Assembly: GCA_010909165.1 (NCBI GenBank)
Contig: MU008167.1
Coordinates: 682,001-746,000 of the forward strand
From: Anthoceros angustus
Taxonomy: Eukaryota; Plantae; Anthocerotophyta
Length of the DNA: 64,000 bases
Direction: 5' to 3'
Both the position numbers and the translations under genes were made by a program. The notes under the pieces were generated by a model, which had not been told where the DNA came from, did no database searches, and saw only the letters and a list, made by a program, of their open reading frames with translations. Below are positions 1 through 12,411 of the stretch, piece by piece (the stretch's first letter is position 1; each line of letters opens with the position of its first letter).

Positions 1-1447
1 CCAGTCGACCAGCACCAACGTAGCTCATATGCAGAGCCTAACCCCAGGCAATTGTTGTTAGAATCTCAACCTTCTACAGCAAGGTGGAAGGCTCACTCTC
101 AACTGCTACAGCTCCCTCTACGAGCAGCATAAAATGATAAGATACAACTTTCATGATGTACTTCAACTCACAGCAGTGCCTAAAGCCCGAACAGAGCGAA
201 CTTTAAGAGCAATCTTTGATATGGCATCCACCATTCGCAACCGAAGTTCTGGCTGCAAACATAGACCAGCATTCTTAGCTGATGAAACCACGAATTTTCT
301 CATGCGTGGAGCTACGTTTCAAAGCCCAAAAACACCTTAGAGGGGAACCCCAGTGATACAATAGCATCTTCCAGCGGTGTTTCTTGAGTCAATACCGATA
401 TAGGTTTTCCATTGAGGTATGCACCTGTACACGGTCGGCCAGCCTCAAAAGATCAACACTTCCCTACCCCATCAAAGTGGATTGCCAAACAAACACAATG
501 ACCCAGTGCCAAGCGATGTTGAGCTGAAAAGTTGAAGCGGATAGAACGGGGGAAGTCACCATGGCCTCTTCGAGCAACGAACAGTTCATCCTGAAAAGGG
601 TTGTACACAACTCCTAGCTCAATCTTCCCACGATGCGCCACTCCAATGGACACTACGGACAATGGTACTCCCCCAACCTCTAGACACAAATGGAGGGCCA
701 CCCACACGAAGGAGCTGGCAAATTAGGAGCAGGAAAAGAGTGTTCATTCCAAGCCAAGCAGCTATCATGAGCACTCACAAAATTCAGAGTTCCATCGATA
801 GGATCAACAATCCATATCCAGTCCGAGCTATCCGTGGTACCAAGAAGCCTCTCCATCTCGCTGCGTGTAGCAGTCTCTTCCCCCACGCAACAGTGAGTGG
901 GGAATCGGGCCTGCGACAGTCCATATCTTAGAACTCCTTGCATGGTGATAAACCCTTGCAAGCCAGACTGTACCTGTATCTCAGCTTGTATGACGCGCTC
1001 AATACTGCGGTCCACCTCAGTAACCAAGTCGTATCTCACGTCCTTCACATCAATCTGAGAGCGTAAGGCTCAGGAGTCAGAGTCAGTCAAGTCTGTGTGC
1101 CAAGAAAACAGCTGCTGCCCCCGGATGAGATTTTTCATGGGTGCCCAAGAGTAAGACTAACATGCTGGGCTCGACCGGACTTGGATCGGATTTGCTCTCC
1201 AGCCTGCGCAGCCCGTAACAAGGGATTGGTTAGAATCAGCCTTGCGATGCCTTGCAGCAGGAAGGCGTGTGGAAACGTGTGCATACAATACCTGAAGTGC
1301 TAAGCGGAGGGCAAGATCCTCGATCTCTGCTGCGCCTTGCCTTGAGCTGGCAGCAGCAGCACGGGTCCTGACCAGCTTCCCCCCACAACGTGAAAGGGGC
1401 CAGAAAGGAGATCCCCTTGCTCCCACAATCGCCGTAGCCACAGCCAT
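1..1447 (-). CDS. Plastid-targeted inositol monophosphatase family gene (IMPL1-like), multi-exon; 3' end runs off the window
   Basis: Exon translations DLVTEVD, CVGEE, WIWIVDPIDGTLNFV, SIGVAHRGKIELGVVYNPFQDELF, VRSVRALG and LHMSYVGAGRL are IMPase motifs. The ATG at 1447 opens a transit-peptide-like MAVATAIVGARGSPFW..., with a GT donor at 1291. Confidence 0.9.
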
Positions 1448-1533
1448 CTCTGCTCCACCCTGTAACCTGTTACCAGTCACGTCCACCGGCCCCAACGCCA
1501 GAGTCCGTCAAAGATCTACCTACATATGTATCT

Positions 1534-1541
1534 CCACGTGG
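1534..1541. promoter_or_regulatory. Palindromic G-box (CCACGTGG) in the 267-bp divergent intergenic region
   Basis: Exact CCACGTGG lies between two head-to-head ATGs (1447 on -, 1715 on +). Function is not shown. Confidence 0.4.
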
Positions 1542-1714
1542 GAGGAGCGCAGCTGGGATGCTGAGATTCTGGATAACAGAAGAGGAAGCCAAACTGTCTA
1601 TGTAGATTGCGTATTGTCTGTTGACATACACTTGTGCCCAAAATCTCTCTCGCTGCGTGCCAGACAGCCAGAGCCAACCTGCTGGTGCTGCCCAGTCGGA
1701 CCCAAGATCGAGCC

Positions 1715-2503
1715 ATGGCTCCGGCTGTTGCATCTCTGCAGCTGACGAGGCTGCAAGCCAGCCAGGCTCAGTTCCCTCATCAGGCTGGAGCAGCCTCGCA
1801 AGCGCCTGTGCTTTCCAGACTGAGGGCATGTCGGTGCCTCTCTTTCTCCTCCCCCTGCTCCTCCTCCTCCTCCTTTTCTTCTCTGGCAATCCAAGGCAAG
1901 CCTCGAGGCAGAGTGGTGGCTCAGGCGGAAGCCGATGCCCCCGGTAGCGGCATTGCCAGCATTCTCAGCACCACCCAGAATTCTGGCACGGGAAATAGCA
2001 GCTGCTGCGGAGGCAGTGGGAAGGCAGGCGGAGGAGGATGCAGCAGCAAGGAGGTAGATGTGTCGGGAGTGGGCAAGGAGTTTGAGGCCATGGTGGCTGC
2101 GTCCACCATCGCTGAGTTCGAAAAGGGCTACGTCACAGGGGAGGTAACACTGGCTCTGGCTCTGGCTCTGGCTCACTGGCTCTGGCTCTGGCTCTGGCTC
2201 TCTGGCTCACACCACACCCTGATCAAATGGTGGGCTCCTGTGCAGATGACGGGGACGATCACCAGGGATGTTGTGCAAGAAGTGATGACCATCCCAGAAG
2301 CTACGGTAAGTTGCAAGCCTGCCAGCCTGCCTCCTACCGTGACCCATTGCTCCTGCTGCTGACATTGGCGCACATACTGTGGCTTCCAGAGCTCAGCCAA
2401 CGAGGAGAAGTTTTTGGATGTGGACCAGCTGCTGAACGAGGCAATGAAGATGTCTTCAGGAGACTTCATTTTCGATGCCGAGCTAGATGACATGATTGTC
2501 TGA
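1715..2503 (+). CDS. Unknown small protein with a plastid transit-peptide-like N-terminus, 3 exons (approx. 1715-2143, 2246-2305, 2390-2503)
   Basis: Ser/Ala/Arg-rich N-terminus MAPAVASLQLTRLQ.... Clean GT-AG introns keep the frame: ...EFEKGYVTGE|MTGTITRDVVQEVMTIPEAT|SSANEEKFLDVDQLLNEAMKMSSGDFIFDAELDDMIV*. Family not recognised. Confidence 0.6.
2151..2205 (+). repeat. (CTGGCT)n microsatellite in intron 1
   Basis: Visible hexamer run. Confidence 0.9.
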
Positions 2504-3201
2504 CTTGCTTTACCGACAGCAATGAGGCCAGGGGCTTTCCGTCAAGGGCCTCTCTCGACAAGCTACAATTACACCGCAAAAGATGTTGTCTCTCGTCCTG
2601 TTCAAGGAACCGAAACCGTTGGCATCGCACAATCACATCTCTGCTTCTGGATATGAGAATGGGACAATGCCTGTGCTCGGGCAAGTCTACGATTGAAGAT
2701 TTCCACATCCCATTCGCGTACATTCCGAAGCATACCTCCCAGCAGCATTGGGGATCGTGCAGTTTCGTGTCGTGGATGCACGAAGAAGTTTTATGAAAAA
2801 ACGCCTCTGTCCTGACTGTGGCTTGCATATCTGACTCTGGCTTCTGCTCCGGAATTCCCCTGCTCCAGAGTCATTCATACTCTGAAAAGAGTTTCACATG
2901 CGCATGAATTGTACATACGCATCAATTCATGTGACCACCTTCACAAGTGTAGCAGGCGGCGGACACCATGAAGCTGTGCAATTTGTGAAGCTTAACCTTA
3001 TCCATACCCACTGGTGGGCTAGCCAGATGAGGCAGGGGGGCATTTTAGATTCAACAGGTCTTTGCTGGGGATGACAACAACTCCGCTCTAGGGTATGAAG
3101 GTAGGGGAAGCCAGGAAGTTTAGGATTTGAAGTTGTAACGTTCTCTCTGAACTTGTGCCCTCCGCGCAAGTAGTGCAGACCATAAACAGCTTCCTGCAAG
3201 C

Positions 3202-4214
3202 CTAGAGCTGTGGAGTATAGGGAGCTCGATCCACAACAAGATAGTCCCCTCTAATGTCCTTGGCAACTCGGATCTTCTCATCCAGGTACACGGAATCGAA
3301 CCTGCATAGAGCCAGGTGCGAGGACGATTTGAGGATGCAATAACCTGTGAGCACGGCCGAAGCCCCGTAATGGATGAGCCTGAAAACTTACCAGCCCTGT
3401 CCTACCGGAGGAATCGGAATGCTCCAGTTCCTAGTTCGAAGTGCTGCACTAGTGAATCTGTTAACAGCACAGGCAAGCCACACAGGTCACTGGAGTAAAT
3501 TAGGCACTGACATAGCCTACATCCAGCGTCTGAGCTCGTCGCCTCGCCCCCGGCACTCACCTGAAGTCCACTCTCTGCGAGGAAACCACTTGAATTGTGG
3601 CCTTCACCAGAAAAGTGCCAGTAGGTGGGAATGTGATGACATTGTTGAGTGTCCCCTTTCTGACATCAATCACCTGCGTCCACGTCCAAGTGACATGAAT
3701 TCCCAGGCACATGCGATATTGTGGTACCCGGTGGGGCTACCCCCAATGCACAATGCACAATGCGCATTGCGCATTGCACATGGCTCAGCCTCAACCATGT
3801 CCCACGGACCTGGAGGATGTCCCCGGCTTCAGTTCCAAACAGCGGCGCCTTCTCCACAATAAAGAGCTGCTCCTTCTCAGTGGTCCACAACATCCTCCAT
3901 GCTGCTGTCAGCGAATCATCTGTGGTAGTGCTGTGAGCTCCCCACGCTGCCAGAGCGTCCGCGGCCTTGACTATCTGAGACCGTTTCTGCGCATTCTTCT
4001 GCGTCCTTAATCCCCTCTCTTCTCCTGCGATCAAGTCCAGCAGATCATCTCTGGCCAGCTGCGCCCCGCCGGACTGTGAGTTTCTGGACACCCGTGCCGC
4101 CAAGCTTCCCCTTCTGGAACTCACAATCTTTGCCCAAGGAACTCGGCCTTCCCAGCGCTGCGCTGCAATCTGCGAAGGTATCACTGAGCCCACAACACAA
4201 CCTGTGGCTGCCAT
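3202..4214 (-). CDS. FBN9: Plastid lipid-associated protein / fibrillin FBN9 (PAP11-like), 4 exons
   Basis: Exons read LLDLIAGEERGLRTQK...WRMLWTTEKEQLFIVEKAPLFGTEAGDILQ|VIDVRKGTLNNVITFPP...|FTSAALR...PPVGQGW|FDSVYLDEKIRVAKDIRGDYLVVDRAPY, matching the FBN9 sequence as I recall it. Splice sites are GT-AG. Confidence 0.9.
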
Positions 4215-4270
4215 GCCACAGATTTCCGCTGCTGCGGGGTGGATGGATGCTCGGCTTACAAAGCCTGCTC

Positions 4271-4342
4271 TCACCAAAGCCAGGTGCAAAGACTGTATCA
4301 CCAAAGCCAGTTGCAAAGACTGTATCACCAAAGCCAGTTGCA
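4271..4342 (+). repeat. 27-bp tandem repeat, about 3 copies (TCACCAAAGCCAGTTGCAAAGACTGTA)
   Basis: Directly visible just upstream of the FBN9 start. Confidence 0.85.
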
Positions 4343-5299
4343 GAGCCTGTTGCTTCCTCCTTTCACGCTAAACAACAGAGTTAATTATTCTCATTTAAGG
4401 CTAATTCCTACGTCCACGCCGTCCTACAATGTCATCGTCTCGCGTCTCTCAAAAGCCATATCTCTTTTTGGTACCTCGCTTCTTTCAAAGCCACAATCTC
4501 TTCGGTACTGGGTCTTCATTTTGTGTGTGCGCTTTGTGCAATTTTGATGGCTAACAAAGCACAAAGCTCGAAACAAGGGTCTTTGAAAGCTCCGATAGAA
4601 AGACTCCTCGTTTAATCAGCTATTCCTCTACCCTGGGCCTCCGAAAATTAGAGGTTTGTCTTCCAAATTGTGTAGCCACAATTGGTGCAACAAAGTCTTA
4701 CCAACATAGAAAAATTCTCAAGTTCAAAGCACGGCGAGCACGGTCCACCTTGTTAGAAACAACTTCTGATAATGTGTTGCCAGTAAGACAAGAAAGAGCA
4801 CGAGGATCATTAAGCCCCAGAGGTTTTTATCAGTAAGCTTCTCTAAGTATGTAGGTAAAATTTATTCCATTGAAATGAAATAATTTTTCTAATTTGTGGC
4901 TTTCTTATCTATGGTCCGTGAAAAAACTTCATTTTGTAATCCTTGTTCCTCCAACATTTTCGAGAGTCTTCCAACCTGATCGTCTAAACTTTGCAACTTT
5001 TTGGCCATATAACTATGCATTTCTTCCCTCTGTGCATGAATAGAGAATAACTTTCTTGTAGCCTTCCAAACGAGGTACCAGATCGACAAACAACCCACAC
5101 AAGGAACAGGAATTTGCAAGGCATTGACTTACAAAAGCAATGAATCAAACTTGACTTAGAAAGACGCATTAAAATCTTTGGCCCATGAGCTTGTCGATTC
5201 AAGATCCTGTTGCAATTTTCTAATGATAACATCTTGACTATTAAATCTCTTATCTATATAGTCATCGATTAGATTACGAAAGAGATTTAGGCTTTTTAG

Positions 5300-5930
5300 A
5301 GAGCTGCGACGTTTTGAAGACCTCAACTCTCTTCTCTTTGTTGAGGATCTCGCTTCGCTTTGGACTGCTGCTGCTGCAGTCTTTGTGAAGACCCCGACTC
5401 CGGTTTGGACTGCTGCTGCAGTTTTGTTTTAAGACCTCGCTCAGCTTTGGGATGTTGCTGCAGTTCTTGTTGAAGACCCCTGCTTTGGAGAGCTGCTGCA
5501 CTCTTCAAATAGAGCAGCACTCTTCAAATAGAGCAGCACTATTCAAATAGACGATGGCTCTCCTTTGGATATCCGTTCAAATGAGAGCCATCGTTCTGCT
5601 CGGGCTGCAGCTTTTTTTTTGGGGGACACCTTGGCTCTGCTCTGCCACAGTTACTACGATTTAGCTTTCACATATCTCACGGTTGCTCTGAACAGCAGCT
5701 ACGATAAGTTTTTATAGATCTCAGCTCCACGGCATTTTATAAATTTGCTCTGAACGGGTTTTGCAGCTTTGTAAATCTCTGTGAACGGGTATTGCAGCTT
5801 TGTAGACATCTGCTTTGAGCAGCTAGTGCAATTCTTAGCAGACCTCAGCTTTGTTGTGGACAGCTACTGCTGATATGATCTCAGTTCTGGAGACAGCTTT
5901 GTTGTGGACAGCTACGAGAGCTGTTTTACC
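5300..5930 (+). repeat. Degenerate minisatellite tracts (~40-bp GACTGCTGCTGCAG units, 19-bp CTCTTCAAATAGAGCAGCA x3, CAGCTTTGTTGTGGACAGCTAC units) with a 12-bp-stem hairpin at 5551-5594
   Basis: The repeats and the inverted repeat ACGATGGCTCTC...GAGAGCCATCGT are directly visible. Confidence 0.7.
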
Positions 5931-6597
5931 TTGTCAAAGTCATGTTTGTGTTGATGAAGTTCTACGGTTTGCATCTGCAGGCTTTTTCGAATACGGAGGC
6001 TCTGTTTGCCTGACAGGGTAGTGTGGATTCTTCAAAGACTTGACCGACATGCATTCATGGAAAACGTGCAGTCATTGTCTGAGGAAACACATGCTCCTGC
6101 ATTATTGAGCGTTGGTGCTGGTGGACGTGCTGACCAAATGCATTCTCCAGGTGCAATGGCTTCCGGCGGTTCTGCATAATTGATGAGAGACCGAACGAAG
6201 ACGAGGAAATGTGTATTGTTCAGAATCACACTTAGATGCGCCCGATCGAGACCTAGTGTTAGTAGCGGCTATGGAACGAACCCGGACAAGTTTGAACCCG
6301 GCCGAAGTGATCTGCGATGCTCCTTCTGAGAGGCGCTGTCCCTATACGTAGGAAATCACTCGGTTGGTTACGTAGAAAGCGTCCACCGGACGGGAAAGCC
6401 GTTACACCTCCAAGATCGGGGGATGTCACCCTTTCTCTCGATGGATGAATGCTCCTGTGATGTTCGCTCTGGTGATTGGAAATTGTTTCACGAGCAGGCA
6501 GTCGATGTCTGGCAGTGTGTTGCCGATGGATGGCTAATGACAGCCTTCCAGGGGAGCTCAAACACATGGCTGCATATCACCCGAATAGAACCACATG

Positions 6598-6652
6598 AGG
6601 AGCAAGAGTCGGAGCAGGAGCAGGAGCAGGAGTAGGAGTAGGAGTAGGAGTA
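6598..6652 (+). repeat. (GAGCAG/GAGTAG)n microsatellite
   Basis: Visible hexamer run. Confidence 0.9.
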
Positions 6653-7027
6653 GGGTATGGAGAGTGACACGTACGAGTGTTTCCAAAGTGTTGAGAGCAC
6701 TGGGCAGAGATCGCACATCGGATGCTGCCCTACCACGAGAACGTCTCAGCAGCCACGCTCCAGGACTGCACAAATCTTTTCAGACGAAAACCTGCTCCCT
6801 CCACATCCAGCTCAACACGATGACAATCCTGCTCGATCGTGTTTAACCTGAGATGCCCAACGTGTGCACAGCGAACGGGTGCATGCAAGGAGGCGGAGGG
6901 CGGAGGATGCTGCCAACAACCAGGGACAGGGCGGAGAAGCTGAGGGACTGTTCTTCAGTGCCTTCTGGCTTTCGGTGCAGGCGTTACGAGCTACAAAGCT
7001 GAGCAGCGCTTGTCTATTGTCGTAGTT

Positions 7028-9550
7028 ATGGCAGGCATAGAGCAGATGAAGAAAAAACTGCTGCCTTTGCTGAACATAGGAGGTTCCAGCGGGGGCCCAG
7101 ATATGTCAATCGACGCGTCTGCCTCTTACAAGGTATAGGTGTGTGCGTTGTGGAAGTGCAGCCTTGCTGTGCTGCTGTGGGATGCAAATTGCATCTAAAT
7201 TCTGAGTTGTGGCTTGCGTTTCAAGGTCACTGATGGCGGTACACTGAATCTTCTAAGTAGATCTTGTGGGGAGTACAACATTAATGAACTGGGGTTACAA
7301 AAGAGGAGCTCTGCGAGCCCGGATGACAACGGTGCTGATGGAGGAAGTCGTGAGCGCACATATCAGTGTGCATCGCATGAGATGTGCATTTTTGGTGCCA
7401 TTGGCTGGGGGGCCAGCAGCGTTGTGAGGAAAGCAATCCACATCCCTACGCATCGTATATTAGCATTGAAGAAGATCAACGTGTTTGAAAAGGTTTGACC
7501 TCAACCTGTACACTTTCCCTGGTGCTTCATCTTTTGGTCTTGAGGAGTGCGTTTGCAGCGATACTAACGTCTCTGTTCTCTGTCTTGTATGCAGCTTTAC
7601 TGATGAGATTCGTTCTGACTTTGGATGTTTGCCATTTGTGGTAGGAAAAACGGCAGCAGCTGCTGAACGAAATTCGGACGCTCTGTGAAGCTCCCAGGGT
7701 TCGTGGGCTAGTTGAGTTCTATGGAGCCTTTTATTCTCCAGACAGTGGGCAGATTAGCATTGCCTTGGAATACATAGATGGGGGCTCTCTGGCTGACGTT
7801 GTTCGGGCTACCAAGTTCATTCCAGAGCCTATTCTCTCGGTGATCACCAGAAAAGTGCTGCATGTACTACCCTACCGGCAATTCATAGTACCCGTCCATT
7901 TATGTCGCAAGAAGATTCCCTTGATGAGCAAACGCAAGCTGATCCTTTGGATGACATTTTAAGGTGCTGTTTGGCAGGGTCTGCATTTTCTCCATGGAGT
8001 TAGACATTTGGTACACCGTGATATTAAACCAGCAAATCTTCTCATCAATCTAAATGGCGAGCCAAAAATTACTGACTTCGGCATCAGTGCTGGTCTTGAC
8101 AATTCGATTGCCATGGTAAGATTGCTGTACTTAATGCTAGAAAAACTCAGTGTGAAGGTTGAGCTGATTCGACTGACTTTCTCTTCAATGTGCAGTGTGC
8201 TACCTTTGTGGGCACTGTGACCTACATGTCTCCAGAAAGAATAAATAATCAATGCTATTCTTATCCAGCCGATATCTGGAGTTTAGGCCTGGCGTTACTC
8301 GAGTGTGGCACTGGAGAGTTCCCATACAATGCCGTGAAGGGCCCTGTGAACTTGATGTTACAGGTGGGTGCCATATCTCATTTGTTCACGCTGGTCTCTC
8401 AGGCAACCTTAAGCAGCCATCCTGCTCAGGGGGCCTCGGACATCGTTTTCATGCTGTCAAGCTTCAGTCTCTGATGCTTGTTCTGGTGACAGGTCATGAA
8501 CGACCCATCACCTTCACCACCTGCGGAGCGTTTCTCCTTGGAATTCCGATCATTTGTTGATGCTTGCCTGCAGAAAGATGCTGATGCTCGTCCAACTGCA
8601 GAACAGGTTCATTTATGTTGGTATAGGTCATTCAGTCTGGAGTGCGAGTATAACGTTGTGATTTGTGTGTTTGAGATTGCTGCTCGCCTTCTGCAGACTT
8701 TGATTCGACAAAAGGTCCAGTACTGACCTTGTATGGACTTATAATGCAGCTACTCGCGCATCCTTTTGTAAAGAAGCATGAAAATGCACCAGTGGACCTA
8801 CCTGGTTTTATACACAGCGTGTTTGACCCCACTGAGCGCTTAAAGGACCTCTCTGATGTAAGCTACTTTTGTGCCTTATCAAAAGATTTCACTGATTCAA
8901 ACACTTAGCATATGAACTCTAGTGAAATGATGCTAACTATATCACATTTTGTATGCTACTGCAGATGCTTTCAGTCCATTACTACATGCTTTTTGATGGC
9001 TCTGAGCAGAGATGGCCACATATGAAGAAATTGTACCATCCAAACTCCACTCTAAGGTACTCCACTCTACACCTTGGAACATGATTATGGTGGGGTGCTT
9101 TAAGAGGTTGAAAACCAATGCAAGCCAGTTTTCTGCTGCTGTGGGGCCTTTTGTGCTGTTCATTGCAATACTCTGAAACTGTGCGTTCATGGCAGCTTCG
9201 CACATCAACTCGTAACTGGACAGGATGAAGTTTTCAAGACTCTTTGCAATATTCGCAGAATGTTGGCAGCAGAGCAGGAAGGGGAGAGACTTGTGCACGT
9301 GGTTGAGAACCTCCAGTGCTGTGCATATGCAAAGCGTGGCGTGATGATTCGTGTCTCGGGATCTTTTGTGATGGGGACCCATTTCGTGCCATCCGGTGAT
9401 GGGGTACAGGTGGAGGGTCTTGTGAGTAATGCTGGTGTCGATGTACAGAAGCAGAGGTTAGGTAAGTTTCAGGAACTATTTGTATTCGAACCGGGCGAAT
9501 TGCTGGGGTCGCTATACATCTCGAAGCAAGAGCTGCACATACAACAGTAA
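7028..9550 (+). CDS. MKK3: MAP kinase kinase 3 (group B MKK with C-terminal NTF2 domain), multi-exon
   Basis: [13 protein letters not shown]..., [64 protein letters not shown] and an NTF2 tail (LVHVVENL...SGSFVMG...[10 protein letters not shown]...SKQELHI*) are collinear with Arabidopsis MKK3. Confidence 0.97.
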
Positions 9551-9870
9551 ATGGTGTTTGTAGGTTGCTAGATGGCTGGTTTCCTTTCCTAAGGGTTCAT
9601 AGGATGGTAGTTCCCCCAAGCAAGAGGTAGGAAGTAGTCTGGGCGGAGAAGATTTTTGAGGGAAGAGGTGGAAAGGGACTCATCATGTGAATAGAACTTC
9701 TACATAGCTGAATAAGTAGGATGTGGAAGCTCCCCCAGAAGAAACTGGGATGCTTACCGTCAGCATGGGAGACCGGCGAGATGAAGTATAGCAATTAGCT
9801 CCTGAAAAATCTCCTGTACTGCGATATGTAAATGTCTGGTTGTATTATTCACCAAACACTTTTCTGAGCC

Positions 9871-12245
9871 ATGGCTGTGTGTGTGCATGTAGCTGGCATG
9901 ACTGTCTTGAAATTGGCAGGTGTTCTAGGAAGGGCTCCCGCTCACATGACTTGCTGCTGCCGTTGGACTGCTTGGGAGTCTCAGGAGGTTCTCTGGCCAG
10001 ACTGGAGCTGGACTGATCAGGAGTCTCGGGACGACATCTGGCCCGACTGGAGCGTACCAGACGATCGTGGTACAGGAGGAGGAGGATAAGAAAGATGAAG
10101 GAGGCACGTAGTGGCCAAAACAGTAAGCAATTGGGCCTCCTGACTGACTCCATTGGAGCCCTTGGAGTTTTGGTGCAGACGGGATTCTGTAATTTCAGAT
10201 CTCTTTTCTGTGTGGTCCTACAAGGATGTATGGCTAACAAGGATCTAGCTATGGGTCGGCGAGTTCACGCTTTGGCCATGAGGAGGGGCTCAAGTGGGAT
10301 ATGTTCTTGTGCAACCACTTCTTGTGAATGTATTCTTCTCAGGCCAGGTTTGAAGAAGCTATGTAGGTGTTTAATCTCATTGCCAAGCCAGATTTCTTCA
10401 TGTGGTCTGCCATAATTTCTACCCATGTTAAGCACGGGAAATATAAGCAGGCCATACAACTGTATCAACGCATGCACAGGTGGAGTAGTGTGAAGCCGGA
10501 TGGCCATGTGTTTGTGCAGCCCTTCAGGTTGTGTAAGGGCAGCAGACTTGGTATCCGGGCTGCAGGTGCATGCTGATGTCTCGGCCAGTGGCATTGCGGC
10601 TAGCATGCACTTCTGTAGCGGCTTGGTAGACATGTGTGCCAAGTGTGGCAGCCTCAAAGATCCTCAATGAGTGTTTGATGGAATCGGTATCCGTGTAAGA
10701 GATGTGGTAACATGGAATGCCATGATAGCAGGCTACTCCGAGCAGGGAATGGGGCAGGAGGCTCTTCGTCTCTTTGATGCTACGCAAGAAGAAGGCACTG
10801 CTGTATCCAATTCTGGGACATTTGGGTGCCTCCTGTAGGCATGTGCAAGTGTTGGCATCCCAGCCTTGGAGAAGAAGAATCGATTTCATGCACAATTTAC
10901 ACAACGAGGACTTCAAGCTCATGTGCTTGCAGCCAGCAGTCTGGTTAACACGCGTGCAAAGTGTGGCAGCTTGGAAGACGCCCGGAATGTGTTTGATGGG
11001 CTTGGTGAAAACGATGTAGTGACGCGTAATTCCATGATAGCAGGGTATTCCCAGCAAGGGATAGGACATGAAACCCTGTGTCTCTGTGATGCTATGCAAG
11101 AAAAGTCACTGCTGTACCTACTTCTGTGCCATTTCGGCTGCCTTCTGCTAGCGTGTGCAAGTGTCAGGACTTTGGAGAAGGGGAAAGTAACCTTACGCAC
11201 AAATCACAGAACAGGGGCTTCGGGTGTGAATTCATGGCCAGTAAGTTTGGTAAACACGTAGACAAAGTGTGGGAGCTTGGAAGATGCTGAAAGCGTGTTT
11301 ACTGGACTTGAAAAGGCATGGAGACGTGGAATGCCATGCCTTAGCAGGGTATTCCCAGCAGGGCAAGGGGCAACAAGCCTCTCATCTTTGCAATGCTATG
11401 CACGAACAAGGCCTGGCTTTACCTGATTCTGTGGCTTTGGTGTGCCTCCTGCAGGCATGTGGGAGTTTGGGAGATGGGGCTTTTGAGAAGGGGAAGCAGC
11501 TTCATGAACAAATCAGAGCACAAGGACATCTCGCTGATACGTCTGTTGCCAGCAGTTTGGTAAACATGTTTGCAAAGTGTGGAAGCCTGGACGATGCTCG
11601 AAGAGTGTTTGATGGACTAGGTCAATAAGATGTGGCGACCCTGAATGCTATGATAGCAAGGTATTCGCAGCAGAGCATCGGGCAGGAGGCATGGGTTCAC
11701 CCGATCCTGTGAAATTTGTTTGCGTCATGCAGGCATGTGCATGTGTGGAAGCGTTGCATGTGGGAAGGCAGCTTCGTGCACAGAGTAAAGAACAACCGGT
11801 TTGATAAACATGTACGGAAAGTCAGGTTAAGGGCAGGTCTTGGAGGCATTGCCCAAAAGAGGCGGTGTTACATGGATTGCCGGCTACACCTTTCAAGGAG
11901 AGAGTGAAGTGGTCTTTGATTTGTGCAATGAAAATGGCTAAGAGGGGCTCTCCAGGGCTGCAATTCCTTAAGAATCTCGTGAATAAGGGCCAGGAGTACT
12001 TTGATGCTGCGAGCAGACATTTTACGTGTTAATGTCAAACATGTACACCAGTGCCCAGATGTAGGAGCTGCTCCCGCATCTGGGCACTAGAAATGCACTC
12101 AAAGTGAATAAGAATGAGGGTGTGGAAACGCCAGGCCAGAGCTGGTGGACAGACATGTTCGGCTTGGTGCATGGCTTTCTAGTTGGTCATAAGGACCCCA
12201 GGTGTGAACCAAGGCTGAAACAACTTTCTTGCAAAATGAACAAGG
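9871..12245 (+). pseudogene. Decayed PLS-class PPR gene ending in a WW-type E+ region (no DYW)
   Basis: P-L-S motifs (LVNMFAKCGSLDDARRVFD; AGYSQQG; LLQACGSLG) are split over several frames by many stops and frameshifts. The end reads TPGQSWWTDMFGLVHGFLVG...LKQLSCKMNK. Substitutional decay is too heavy to be read error alone. Confidence 0.8.
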
Positions 12246-12377
12246 CGGGAATAACTATGACTCTGAATATAGCTAAATGCTTCAGTGACGCGCATGAATG
12301 GATTAATGAGATGCCCACCATCTCAATTACTATCCAGTAAAAGCACAGCCAAGGGAACGGGCTTAGAAGAATCAGCA

Positions 12378-12411
<34 letters not shown>

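Noticed and set aside
3744-3782. Quasi-palindromic AATGCAC/GCATTGC run in FBN9 intron 1
   Set aside because: Short low-complexity slippage product with no further support.
6423-6851. Two in-frame ORFs upstream of MKK3 separated by GAGTAG repeats (possible uORF or read-through)
   Set aside because: No recognisable homology; the frame is explained by the microsatellite.
9991-10050. LWPDWSWTDQESRDDIWPDW as a third PDF motif in the decayed PPR gene
   Set aside because: Spacing does not fit, and it is better explained by a 45-nt tandem duplication of WPDWS. Worth only an HMM check.
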